Shown here: positions 1 to 8,900 of the stretch, in pieces
Position numbering within the stretch: position 1 is the first letter of the stretch
Layout of the letters: each line of letters opens with the position of its first letter
NCBI GenBank assembly: GCA_016839945.1
Contig: JAEOTE010000007.1
Span: forward strand, 96,001-160,000
DNA: 64,000 nt
Source: Candidatus Heimdallarchaeota archaeon
GTDB taxonomy: Archaea > Asgardarchaeota > Heimdallarchaeia > Heimdallarchaeales > Heimdallarchaeaceae
Direction: 5' to 3'
Position numbers and translations under genes: made by a program
Notes under the pieces: generated by a model
Told to the model about the DNA's origin: nothing
Databases searched by the model: none
The model's input: only the letters and a program-made list of their open reading frames with translations

Positions 1-852
1 TTGAGCGTCTATCAACACTATGATACCCAGCTCTGCTACTGGAATAATTACATATACAAGAACTGCCATGAGGAGTGTGGAATTTCCTCCTGAACCACCC
101 AACATTGACATCATAGCTAAAATAACTATGAAGAATATTGGAGCAACTACACCAATAACCATAAACAATTCTGCCATTACTCCTAGTGAGTCAATAAAAT
201 TCTTTTCACTTTGAACCTTATCAGTCATCAAAGTTTCAGTTGAAACTTCAAGATAACGTTGTAATTCTCCTCCAGAAGTAAACGTTCCAACAATTCCTTC
301 AAGGAAACTTGAATACTTTGGAGAGGGAGATCTTAATGATGCTTCACCTAAAGCATGAACAATATCATAACCAAAAACAGAGATATCTCTAGAGATCTTT
401 TTGGCATCTTTAACAATCGCTACTCCTATTGTTTCTTGAGTTAGAGCCCTAAATATCCTATCTGGTGTTACGCCTGCAGATGCCATAGCTGTCATATAAC
501 TAGCAGCTGTTGGAAGGGCTGCTTCAAGTTTTCTTTTTCTTTCTCCAACTAAGTAACTTGGATATATCCAAGTATATACTATCATGCCTATTAAAACTAA
601 CACTGGAAGAAGTATTACTAAGATTATAGAAAGTTGTTCTTTAACTACTATTTTAATCGCGATTAGGAAAACTAAAGATACTAAAGAAAGTATAGTTGCC
701 CAGAAAATTCTTACGCTTAAATACATTCGAACACTTTGATCAATTCCAGCTTTTCTCAAAGTTAGTTTAAGTCCTTCAAATTCTGCTAGATGAGGTTCTA
801 TTATTCTTCCGATATAAGAATAAGCTATTGATTCAATTATTCTTGAACTCAT
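1..852 (-). CDS. Type II secretion system F-family (TadC/FlaJ-like) archaeal pilus assembly membrane protein, 3' end runs off the window
   Basis: Not in the ORF track. Manual translation from ATG at 852 gives MSSRIIESIAY...LRKAGI...YPSYLVGERKRKLEAALPTAASYMTAMASAGVTPDRIF...VFGYDIVHALGEASLRSPSPKYSSFLEGIVGTFTSGGEL, typical T2SSF motifs with flanking TM helices. The frame is open to position 1. Confidence 0.85.
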   Translation of the reverse strand, partial: MSSRIIESIAYSYIGRIIEPHLAEFEGLKLTLRKAGIDQSVRMYLSVRIFWATILSLVSLVFLIAIKIVVKEQLSIILVILLPVLVLIGMIVYTWIYPSYLVGERKRKLEAALPTAASYMTAMASAGVTPDRIFRALTQETIGVAIVKDAKKISRDISVFGYDIVHALGEASLRSPSPKYSSFLEGIVGTFTSGGELQRYLEVSTETLMTDKVQSEKNFIDSLGVMAELFMVIGVVAPIFFIVILAMMSMLGGSGGNSTLLMAVLVYVIIPVAELGIIVLIDAQ

Positions 853-1110
853 TATTTTATCCTCTGTTTTTGAATATGTAAATATATCTACAAAAGTATA
901 TTGTAGAATGACTATTTAACATTTGCTCGTAGTTAATAAAAGGTTGTATGAATTAAGAAAGTTATTCTAGATGCAAGAAGTTTTTTTCCAATTTCTTTAA
1001 TTATCCTATTCGCAAAAGAGAGCCTTAGGATTGAAAAAACAAAAGAATTGTTATTTTTTTGTTGAATCTATCGCCAAGTATAAAAATGATTATTAGTTAA
1101 TTCCTTTTGT

Positions 1111-1815
1111 ATGTCTTTGTATATTATACAATCAACAGGAGAAATGACTGAATGCGAAAATAAAGAGATTGCACTTTTATCTGAAAATGTTTTGCTTGTT
1201 ATTTCTCATAATCAAAAGAAAATCTATACATGGATAGGTAGAGCATCATCACCTCACTCTAAATTTGCTTGTGCAAGAGAAACAGCAAGAATTAGGATGG
1301 AATTGGGGTATAAAATAGTTAATTTAGAAGAAGAAGCTACAAATGATGATTTCTTAAGTGCAATAGATGAAGCGTGTAATATTACAGGAGCTGCAAAGCC
1401 AAAGCCAAAACCAAAACCAAAAGCAGAACCAAAACCAAAACCAAAAGCAGAACCAAAACCAAAGGCAGAACCTAAAACAAAAGCTACTACTTCAAAAGCT
1501 AAAACAGCTGCAAAGCCAAAACCGGAAAAAACAGAAACTAAACGAAGATATGAATCTGCAGAAGTAAAAACAAAAATTGTAGATGTAGAACACGTGTTAA
1601 AGCAACTAGAAATTCTTCAACCAATGGAGAATAATATTAGAGATTATGTTATTATAGGTGAAACATTATTTATTGCACCCGAAAACCTTGAAAAACCTGA
1701 TTCAGAATCAAAAGTGAGTCTTCCAGATGGATCCTTTGTTGCAGATGATTATATCCCAAGAATATTTTTAGAAAATGGAAAAATCATTGCAATAGAATTA
1801 TGGAGAGAAAACTAG
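1111..1815 (+). CDS. Gelsolin-like domain protein with a Pro/Lys-rich linker and a C-terminal small domain (1DGelX-like)
   Basis: N-terminal VLLVISHNQKKIYTWIGRASS...KFACA...IVNLEEEATNDDF matches the gelsolin repeat pattern (IYxWxG, helix, xxEGxE..F). It is followed by a PKPKPKAE linker and a ~75-aa C-terminal domain. Confidence 0.7.
   Translation: MSLYIIQSTGEMTECENKEIALLSENVLLVISHNQKKIYTWIGRASSPHSKFACARETARIRMELGYKIVNLEEEATNDDFLSAIDEACNITGAAKPKPKPKPKAEPKPKPKAEPKPKAEPKTKATTSKAKTAAKPKPEKTETKRRYESAEVKTKIVDVEHVLKQLEILQPMENNIRDYVIIGETLFIAPENLEKPDSESKVSLPDGSFVADDYIPRIFLENGKIIAIELWREN
1395..1475 (+). repeat. Coding tandem repeat (ccaaaa/gcagaa units) encoding KPKPKPKPKAEPKPKPKAEPKPKAEPK
   Basis: Directly visible hexamer/longer-unit repeats. 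Confidence 0.9.
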
Positions 1816-2345
1816 TAACCTTGTTTCTCCATCACTTGTTTAGCAATTATAGAATAAATGTCATTTACCCCTTCTCCCAATTTTGCAGAAGATTCAAGAA
1901 TTGTATAACCTTTAGAACCCCAAACCTCATTTGTTTCTTCTATTGATACTACTCGTTCATCATCTAAATCGGTTTTATTTCCAACGATTATTATTGGGAT
2001 ATCTGGGCATTTTTCTTCAACTTCTTCTATCCATTTCTCAATATGATCATGAGACTCTTTTCGAGTAACATCAAATACAATTACTGCACCATGAGCTCCA
2101 GTATAATATCTCTTACGGAGACTGACTAGCTTTTCTTGTCCCACTGTATCAAATAGTACAAGTTTAAGAACAGTATCTTCATCAAATTGTATTTTTTTAC
2201 TGTGAAAATCTACTCCTAAAGTAGGAAGATATGATGAAGAAAAGCGATTTTGAGTATAACGAACAGCTAGACTTGTTTTACCTACTGAATAATCTCCTAC
2301 ATTTATTATTTTGATAATGTAAGTAACATCTGGAGTAAGTGACAT
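1812..2345 (-). CDS. Rab-like small GTPase (Ras superfamily)
   Basis: G1 GDYSVGKTS, G2 PTLG, G3 DTVGQE, G4 NKTD, G5 SAK. RabF-like LGVDF, YYTGA, VFDVT. No C-terminal Cys motif. Start set at the internal ATG 2345 (ORF track 2378). Confidence 0.93.
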   Translation of the reverse strand: MSLTPDVTYIIKIINVGDYSVGKTSLAVRYTQNRFSSSYLPTLGVDFHSKKIQFDEDTVLKLVLFDTVGQEKLVSLRKRYYTGAHGAVIVFDVTRKESHDHIEKWIEEVEEKCPDIPIIIVGNKTDLDDERVVSIEETNEVWGSKGYTILESSAKLGEGVNDIYSIIAKQVMEKQGY

Positions 2346-2486
2346 TAAGATAGAATAACTTGAATTGTATTTTAGCATTTTGATAATATCAATTCAAAAA
2401 AGAAGTCTGTTTATATATCAAATTAGAATAAAGATGGAGTGAGGTTAATATTTTTAAATATTCAAACTCAAAAATAGTTATACTAC

Positions 2487-3206
2487 ATGAACTCTCAGAA
2501 TATAATTAATTCAGATTTTACGATTATAATTCCTACTCTTAATGAAGAGAAATCGATAGGAATTCTTCTTTCAGAAATTGAGAAATGTGCACCTGAAACT
2601 AAAGTTATAGTGTCTGATGATGGTTCAACAGATCGTACATCAGAACTTGTTACTGCATTTGATGGGAATTTAGATGTTTTATTTCTGGATAGAAAGAAAG
2701 AACAAATACACGGGTTAACTATAAGTGTTTTAGACGCAATAAAAACTTGTAAAACTCCTTACTTTCTTGTTATGGATGGTGATCTTCAACACCCCCCAGA
2801 AGCAATTGTTAATTTTTATAGATCACTAGATGAAAACAACGATTTAGTTGCAGGTAATCGAATCAAAGTTGTAGGAAAATGGCCTATACATCGTAAATTA
2901 ATGTCGTATATTGCTGGATTAATGGGAAAGATGACTTTGGTTCTAAAGAAAAGAAGTTCAATTAAAGATATCATGACAGGTTTTTTTGGTTCAAAAAGAG
3001 AGTTGTGGGAACCAATAATTGATAAAGAAAAGGAAAAATTCACTCTTGAAGGGTACAAGGTTCTTTTTGATTTTCTGAAAATCTATCCTGAAAAGCTCAA
3101 AATTAGTTATGTTGATTATGTTTTTGGGACAAGAGATTTTGGAGAATCAAAAATAACTTCAAAAATAATATGGTTATACTTCAAATCTTTATTTAAGAAA
3201 AGTTGA
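2487..3206 (+). CDS. GT2 glycosyltransferase, dolichol/polyprenol-phosphate mannosyltransferase-like
   Basis: IIIPTLNEE, DDGSTDRT, VMDGDLQHPPE, DIMTGFF, R-x-x-GESK motifs. Confidence 0.88.
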   Translation: MNSQNIINSDFTIIIPTLNEEKSIGILLSEIEKCAPETKVIVSDDGSTDRTSELVTAFDGNLDVLFLDRKKEQIHGLTISVLDAIKTCKTPYFLVMDGDLQHPPEAIVNFYRSLDENNDLVAGNRIKVVGKWPIHRKLMSYIAGLMGKMTLVLKKRSSIKDIMTGFFGSKRELWEPIIDKEKEKFTLEGYKVLFDFLKIYPEKLKISYVDYVFGTRDFGESKITSKIIWLYFKSLFKKS

Positions 3207-3207
3207 A

Positions 3208-3900
3208 TTAAACTCCTCGTAAATATTGCTTGAAATCGTATACTGTTTCTAAGAATTCTTGCATCATTTCAGGATTCTTTATTCCTGAAATTTTTTCAAC
3301 TCCAGAATTTATATCTACAGCATTAGGAGAAAGAATCTTAACAATTTTACCAACATTTGCAGCTTGAAGACCTCCTCCCACTACAAGGGGCTTTGTAATA
3401 TTTTTCCTAATGTCTTCAACAACAGATATAATTTGTTTCTTTTTCTCTGAAGACTCCCAGCTAGATCCTAGTGGAAGATTGATATTGATTACATGAACAT
3501 ACTGATCTAGTATTTTTGCTGCTTCTATTGGATTAGAGTCAAGTATGTTGGATTCTAGTGTTTCCTTATTGAGAAACATAGAACCAATAACTGGTATATA
3601 AGCCATTGATTGTACCGCTATTAAGTTGTTAACATCACCAAAAAAATTTCCATTTATCTGTATCATCTGAGGTTTGCATGTATCCACAATTTCAAAGATC
3701 TCATCTATCTCTTCAGGCACTATTTCAGCAATTGTTATACAGTTTTCCACATTAGCAAAAATACGTCTTGCATCGAATTTACTAACAGTTCTAATCTCGT
3801 TGATGTCATCTATTATTGTACCTATTGCAAATTCTGAAGAGACATCAACTGACAATGCAGCATCAAAATCTGTTACTCCGGATATCTTCGCAATCCACAA
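3208..3900 (-). CDS. Phosphoribosylanthranilate isomerase (TrpF)-like TIM-barrel protein, divergent
   Basis: KISGVT start, IQING, LVVGGGL.AANV, AVDINSGVE..GIKN TrpF motifs. The catalytic Cys appears replaced by Ser. Confidence 0.75.
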   Translation of the reverse strand: MWIAKISGVTDFDAALSVDVSSEFAIGTIIDDINEIRTVSKFDARRIFANVENCITIAEIVPEEIDEIFEIVDTCKPQMIQINGNFFGDVNNLIAVQSMAYIPVIGSMFLNKETLESNILDSNPIEAAKILDQYVHVININLPLGSSWESSEKKKQIISVVEDIRKNITKPLVVGGGLQAANVGKIVKILSPNAVDINSGVEKISGIKNPEMMQEFLETVYDFKQYLRGV

Positions 3901-4059
3901 TTTTACGTCCTCAAGTTGTTATTATTAGTTGGATTTTAATACTTTCCGCCTAAATGAAATAACTGGATGATATCCCAAATTTATCTGTGACTTGTCATAT
4001 ATAATTTCCAGATATTACAAAAGACCTTATTATATTACTAACATATTATTCTGATTACA

Positions 4060-4386
4060 TTGACTACAAAAGACACTTTTCTCAATTACAAATTAGAGAA
4101 AGCTATTGCTAGAATAAAAACTCACAGTGGTTATAACAATTCTCCTGTTTTTCTAGAGGTCTGCAATTGTCCTTCAAAAGGGGGTTCTTTGTATTATGAT
4201 ACAAAAAAGCAGTCATATTTTGGTAAGGGAAGCTGCGATCGGGGATTATTATGTTCGCAAATTCAAATAGATAAGCACCAGATTCGAATCAGAAAAAAAC
4301 TTCCATTACAACAATTAACTGAAATTGCAGAGAAAGAAGAACTTAATCAAAAAATCTTACAACCTGAGCCTACTATTAGTCTTTAA
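4060..4386 (+). CDS. Hypothetical protein, Cys-containing
   Basis: 108-aa ORF from TTG filling an intergenic gap, same strand as gltX; four Cys. No family recognised. Confidence 0.45.
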   Translation: MTTKDTFLNYKLEKAIARIKTHSGYNNSPVFLEVCNCPSKGGSLYYDTKKQSYFGKGSCDRGLLCSQIQIDKHQIRIRKKLPLQQLTEIAEKEELNQKILQPEPTISL

Positions 4387-4493
4387 GCTTGAATCTAATT
4401 AGTAACTGTTGGAAGAAACCCTCTCTATATTTTATATTGGCTTTAGTTAATAACAAGCAAATATTTAAGCATGTAAAAACAAAAATTATGAAG

Positions 4494-6212
4494 ATGAGCG
4501 ACGTGGATGATATTCTCTTTAAAGAATCTCTGATTAATGCTTATAAATATGGAACAGCTGACAAAAATATTGTTCTAAAAAAAATTATGGCTAATTACCC
4601 AAATTTAAGGAGTAAGGTAAAAGAATTAGCACAAAAGTTAGAAAAAGTTGTAAAAGAAGTTAATTCTTTAACAACAGAAGAAGTAGACAGAATAGCTCAT
4701 CAGAAGTATGCAGAAGAAATAAAGGAAGAGAAGAAAGAGAGGGAAGTTTTACCTGATTTACCATTTGCTGAAGAGGGTAAAGTCAAAGTGCGTTATCCTC
4801 CTGAACCTTCAAAACATCCACATGTTGGACAGATGCTTTCATTTTGTATAAATGACATGTTAGCTGAAAAATATAAAGGAAAAAGAGTTTTAAGGTTTGA
4901 TGATACAAATCCTGAGAAAGTAAGAGCTGAATACTATGACAGCTTTCGTGAAGTAATTCATTGGATGAACTTGAAGATAGATGAAGAATCACTAGCCTCT
5001 GATTATATGGAAGTTTATTACGAAAAAGCATTGGATTTAATCAAAAATAATTATGCTTTTGTTTGTTTATGTTCGAGAGAAGAAGTCACAAAACTCAGAT
5101 CAGAAAAAAAACCTTGCTCTTGCAATTTAGAACATTCAGTAGAAAAAAACACTGAACTTTTTGAAAAAATGAATGCAGGAAATTTCTCAGCTGGAGAAGC
5201 AGTGGTTCGTTTAAAAGGTGACATGAAAGCTGAAAATGCGGCTTTAAGAGATCCAATCCTACTACGTATTTCGGAGCATGAACATGCTATACAAGGAGAT
5301 AAATACCATATTTGGCCTATGTATGATTTTGAATCACCAATAATGGAAAATATTACAGGTGTTACTCATATACTCAGAAGTATTGAATTTGGTAAAATGA
5401 GGGAAGAATTACAAAGCTTAGTATCCGAAAAACTTGGGATAACACCTCCACATTTCTTGGAATATAGTAGATTCAAAGTTATAGGAGCCCCTACTCAAGG
5501 TAGAATAATCAGAGAATTGGTAGAAGAGAAAATAGTAACAGGCTGGGATGATTATAGATTAGTAACATACCAAGCACTAAAAAGGAGAGGGATACAGCCA
5601 GAAGTATTTCCAAAAATAATCGAAAGGGTTGGTGTTACAAAGTCATCAACAAGTATAGATTGGTCACTAATTTTCTCAATCAATAGAAAAATAATAGAAC
5701 CAAAAGTAAAGCATCTATATTTTGTTGACAATCCTATAAAGATTGATATCATCAATCCAGAACTTAAGAAAATCAAAATTCCCCTTCATCCCTATAATAA
5801 GGAATTGGGAGAAAGAACAATAGAAATTAATGATGTATTGTATCTTAGTGGAACTGATCAAGATTTGATTAAAGAGAATTCCATAATTCGTATGAAGGAT
5901 CTATACAACATTAAAATAGTGAAAAAACAATCAGCTGATACATTTTCTGCTGAAATTCATAGTCAAGAAATACTAACTGATATTCCAAAAATACAATGGG
6001 TTTCTGATCCTATAGAAGTTGAAATAGAAAAGGCAGAAATGTTATATTTAAATAATCGAATAAACAAAGATAGCTTAAGAAAAGTTCAAGGTTACGGAGA
6101 AAAAAAACTGCAAGAATTACAAATTGGAGAAATAATCCAGTTTGAACGGTTTGGATATACAAAAATTAATAATATAGCAGAAAAAGTACAAATGAACTAT
6201 ATTCATGGTTGA
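4494..6212 (+). CDS. gltX: Glutamate--tRNA ligase (archaeal type)
   Basis: RYPPEPSKHPHVGQ (HIGH region), LRFDDTNP, zinc-site CLC/CSC, RDPILLR, WPMYDF, GVTHILR, GWDDYRL, RRGIQPE, QFERFGY. Start probably ATG 4488 or 4494 rather than TTG 4389. Confidence 0.95.
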   Translation: MSDVDDILFKESLINAYKYGTADKNIVLKKIMANYPNLRSKVKELAQKLEKVVKEVNSLTTEEVDRIAHQKYAEEIKEEKKEREVLPDLPFAEEGKVKVRYPPEPSKHPHVGQMLSFCINDMLAEKYKGKRVLRFDDTNPEKVRAEYYDSFREVIHWMNLKIDEESLASDYMEVYYEKALDLIKNNYAFVCLCSREEVTKLRSEKKPCSCNLEHSVEKNTELFEKMNAGNFSAGEAVVRLKGDMKAENAALRDPILLRISEHEHAIQGDKYHIWPMYDFESPIMENITGVTHILRSIEFGKMREELQSLVSEKLGITPPHFLEYSRFKVIGAPTQGRIIRELVEEKIVTGWDDYRLVTYQALKRRGIQPEVFPKIIERVGVTKSSTSIDWSLIFSINRKIIEPKVKHLYFVDNPIKIDIINPELKKIKIPLHPYNKELGERTIEINDVLYLSGTDQDLIKENSIIRMKDLYNIKIVKKQSADTFSAEIHSQEILTDIPKIQWVSDPIEVEIEKAEMLYLNNRINKDSLRKVQGYGEKKLQELQIGEIIQFERFGYTKINNIAEKVQMNYIHG

Positions 6213-7113
6213 TAACATGGTAGAAATTGGACTACTAATATTCCTAGTTTTCATCGCAATATCTTTGATAGTGGCAGCCAGAGCAGCGATAAGAAGCCAG
6301 AAAAAAGATAAAGCTGCAAAGAAACGTTATCGTCCATACCAACCTTATGGTCAAGAGAGAACGATAGATACTCCTACTCCATCAGCTCCTAGAACAGCTG
6401 TACAAACCACTAGTTCTCCTTCTGAATCTCGAGCAGCTTATGCTAGTGCAGATGAATTTTTCAGAGCTGGCATGTATGATAGAGCAAAAGAGGAATATCT
6501 AAAAACAGGGAGAGTTTTTGGCGCTGCAAAGTCTATAGCTGCAAAAGGGAGAGAATTTATTCCTGACTCTTTGGAAATCATTTCTAGATATGCTCCAGAA
6601 AGAGAAGAGGAAATGATAAGAAATCTTTCACGATATTTCTTCGATAGTGGAGAAACAGAAATATCTGCTATAATTTTGTATGATAGTAATTTAACTGATG
6701 AAGCTGATGCAGTTTTAGCAACAATTGGTAAAAGCATTGATGATATTTCCCCAACTGGTGTAGTTGAAGTTAGTGAAATAGAGACTGCAGTTATTTTGGA
6801 AGAAGAAAAAAGTTTGGAAGAATTAGAAGCCATCGCATCAGAAGCTAAAAAAGAAAAAGAAGAAGAAATAGTCATTAAGGAGAAAACTGAAGCCCCAAGG
6901 AAGATACAAACACAACCACTTAAAGTTGCTACCTCAGATTTAGAAGATAGATGCAGTGTATGTTTATCAGTTATAAAAGCTGGAGAAAGTTTTATAAGAT
7001 GTCCTCATTGTGAAATTCCATCTCACTATTCTCACATAGTCGAATGGATTAAGGTTAAACCACAGTGTCCAAATTGTAAGAAAAAACTTGTATCGAAAAT
7101 GTTTCAATCTTAG
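6205..7113 (+). CDS. Membrane-anchored RING-finger protein (putative E3 ubiquitin ligase-like)
   Basis: N-terminal TM helix, helical middle region, C-terminal CSVC-x11-CPHC-x4-H-x2-H..W..CPNC. Confidence 0.75.
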   Translation: MVDNMVEIGLLIFLVFIAISLIVAARAAIRSQKKDKAAKKRYRPYQPYGQERTIDTPTPSAPRTAVQTTSSPSESRAAYASADEFFRAGMYDRAKEEYLKTGRVFGAAKSIAAKGREFIPDSLEIISRYAPEREEEMIRNLSRYFFDSGETEISAIILYDSNLTDEADAVLATIGKSIDDISPTGVVEVSEIETAVILEEEKSLEELEAIASEAKKEKEEEIVIKEKTEAPRKIQTQPLKVATSDLEDRCSVCLSVIKAGESFIRCPHCEIPSHYSHIVEWIKVKPQCPNCKKKLVSKMFQS

Positions 7114-7149
7114 TGAAAGAGTTAAAAAGAATGTTTTAATCAAAAAATT

Positions 7150-7635
7150 ATGGTATTTCTCACTCCTTTTCCAAATGAAATTATCAAAGAATTCATACAT
7201 AGTTCTACACAAGAACAGATAGCTGGTTTCGATTTAACTGTAAAAGATATAATGAAAGTACATAATGGGGGATCTTTAGATTTTGATAACACTAATAGAA
7301 AGATTCCAGAACATGAAACATTGGAATCTGAAAATGATATATGGAAATTACAACCTGGAGGATATTTAGTAAAATACAATGAAATTGTTAATGTTCCATT
7401 AGATGCAATTGGAATAGTTTTACCTCGTTCCAGTCTTATGAGATGTGGTGGGACTCTTTGTTCTGCAGTTTGGGATCCAGGATATAATGGCAGAGGAGTA
7501 GGATTACTAATCATATTTACAGAGATGAAAATTCACAAAAATGCAAGAATTGCTCAAATAATTTTCATAAAAACACTCGAAAAAACTACAAAAAGTTATT
7601 CTGGTGAGTATCAAAACGAAAATATTGAAGAGTAA
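7150..7635 (+). CDS. Trimeric dUTPase / dCTP deaminase family protein
   Basis: AGFDLT, PRSSLMRCG, AVWDPGYNG, ARIAQIIF, YSGEYQ. Confidence 0.9.
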   Translation: MVFLTPFPNEIIKEFIHSSTQEQIAGFDLTVKDIMKVHNGGSLDFDNTNRKIPEHETLESENDIWKLQPGGYLVKYNEIVNVPLDAIGIVLPRSSLMRCGGTLCSAVWDPGYNGRGVGLLIIFTEMKIHKNARIAQIIFIKTLEKTTKSYSGEYQNENIEE

Positions 7636-7727
7636 CTCAAGATTAGGACAAATCTTATCAACTAAAAACGTGAGTTTCTTATATATTAAAATCTGATTAA
7701 TCTAATAGGAATAAAGAAAGTGAAATT

Positions 7728-8843
7728 ATGTCAAAAAAAGAAGAACCACCTAAAACAAAAAAAGAGAAAACTACTCCAACAAAGACAACAACTCCTAAAA
7801 AAGAAAAAGAAAAAGAACCTGAAGATTGGATAGCAGAAATTATTCCTAAAAAAACAAAACCAAGAGCATCCAAACCGAAACAAGAGGACATTGTTGATGT
7901 AGCTGTAAATCAAATACCAGGAATAGGTCCAGCTGTATCTGAAAAACTGCTGTCGGCAGGATATATTACTTTAGCAGCTGTTGCTCATGCATCACCTTAT
8001 GAGCTAGTTGAGCATTGTGAAATAGGAGAGCAAACCGCAAAGAGATTGATTACTGCAGCTAGAAGTCAAATTGGGATTGGATTCAAGAATGCTAAAGAAC
8101 TCTTAGTATCACGACAGAAACTTGAAAAAATATCAACAGGGAGTAAAGCATTAGATACACTACTTGCAGGAGGAATAGAAACAAGTTCTCTAACTGAAAT
8201 GTCAGGTGAGTTTAGAACTGGAAAGACACAAATCTGTTTTCAACTCTGTGTTATAACAGCTATGAGTAAAAAACTAGGTGGTTTAGAATCAGGTGTAATC
8301 TTCATAGATACTGAAGGGACATTTCGACCAGAAAGGATACTGCAAATATGTACTAGGTTTGGAGCTGATCCAGAAGAAGTACTAAATAGAATCAGTGTAG
8401 GAAGGGCATACAACTCAGATCACCAAATGGTACTAGTATTAGAAAGTCCAAGACTGATAAAGGATAACAACGTAAAACTGATGATAATCGACTCTCTTAC
8501 AAGTCATTTTAGAGCCGAGTACACTGGGAGAGGATCTCTTCTCGAAAGACAACAAAAACTCAACAAATATCTACACCAATTACTTAGACTTGCAGAGGTT
8601 TATGAAATTGCAATAGTAGCAACTAATCAAGTATTATCAAAACCAGATGTTCTCTACGGTGAAACTATTTTCCCAATTGGAGGTAACATAGTTGCTCATT
8701 CTTGCACCACAAGAGTATTTCTTAGGAAAGGAAAAGGAGATAAGAGAATAGCTAGAGTTATTGATAGTCCGCACATTCCTGAGATAGAAACAGTATTTTG
8801 CATAAGCAGTGAAGGCATTGTTGACATTGAAGAAAGTGACTAG
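7728..8843 (+). CDS. radA: DNA repair and recombination protein RadA
   Basis: N-terminal HhH domain (IPGIGPAVSEKL), Walker A GEFRTGKTQ, IDTEGTFRPER, IIDSLTSHFRAEY.GRG.L.ERQQKL, GGNIVAH. Has a Lys/Thr/Pro-rich N-terminal extension. Confidence 0.97.
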   Translation: MSKKEEPPKTKKEKTTPTKTTTPKKEKEKEPEDWIAEIIPKKTKPRASKPKQEDIVDVAVNQIPGIGPAVSEKLLSAGYITLAAVAHASPYELVEHCEIGEQTAKRLITAARSQIGIGFKNAKELLVSRQKLEKISTGSKALDTLLAGGIETSSLTEMSGEFRTGKTQICFQLCVITAMSKKLGGLESGVIFIDTEGTFRPERILQICTRFGADPEEVLNRISVGRAYNSDHQMVLVLESPRLIKDNNVKLMIIDSLTSHFRAEYTGRGSLLERQQKLNKYLHQLLRLAEVYEIAIVATNQVLSKPDVLYGETIFPIGGNIVAHSCTTRVFLRKGKGDKRIARVIDSPHIPEIETVFCISSEGIVDIEESD

Positions 8844-8900
8844 GAATTTAGCAAAATTTAAGTAGATTACAAATGATGTGATTGTTAGAAAAAGTAATTC

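Noticed and set aside
20-214. Plus-strand 64-aa ORF
   Set aside because: Antisense shadow of the T2SSF gene at 1-852.
1367-1567. Gln/Asn-rich (QNQNQK) ORF that looks prion-like
   Set aside because: Alternate-frame reading of the PK repeat inside the gelsolin-like gene.
4389-4487. N-terminal extension of GluRS from TTG 4389
   Set aside because: Reads like intergenic/promoter sequence; ATG 4488/4494 gives the normal archaeal length.
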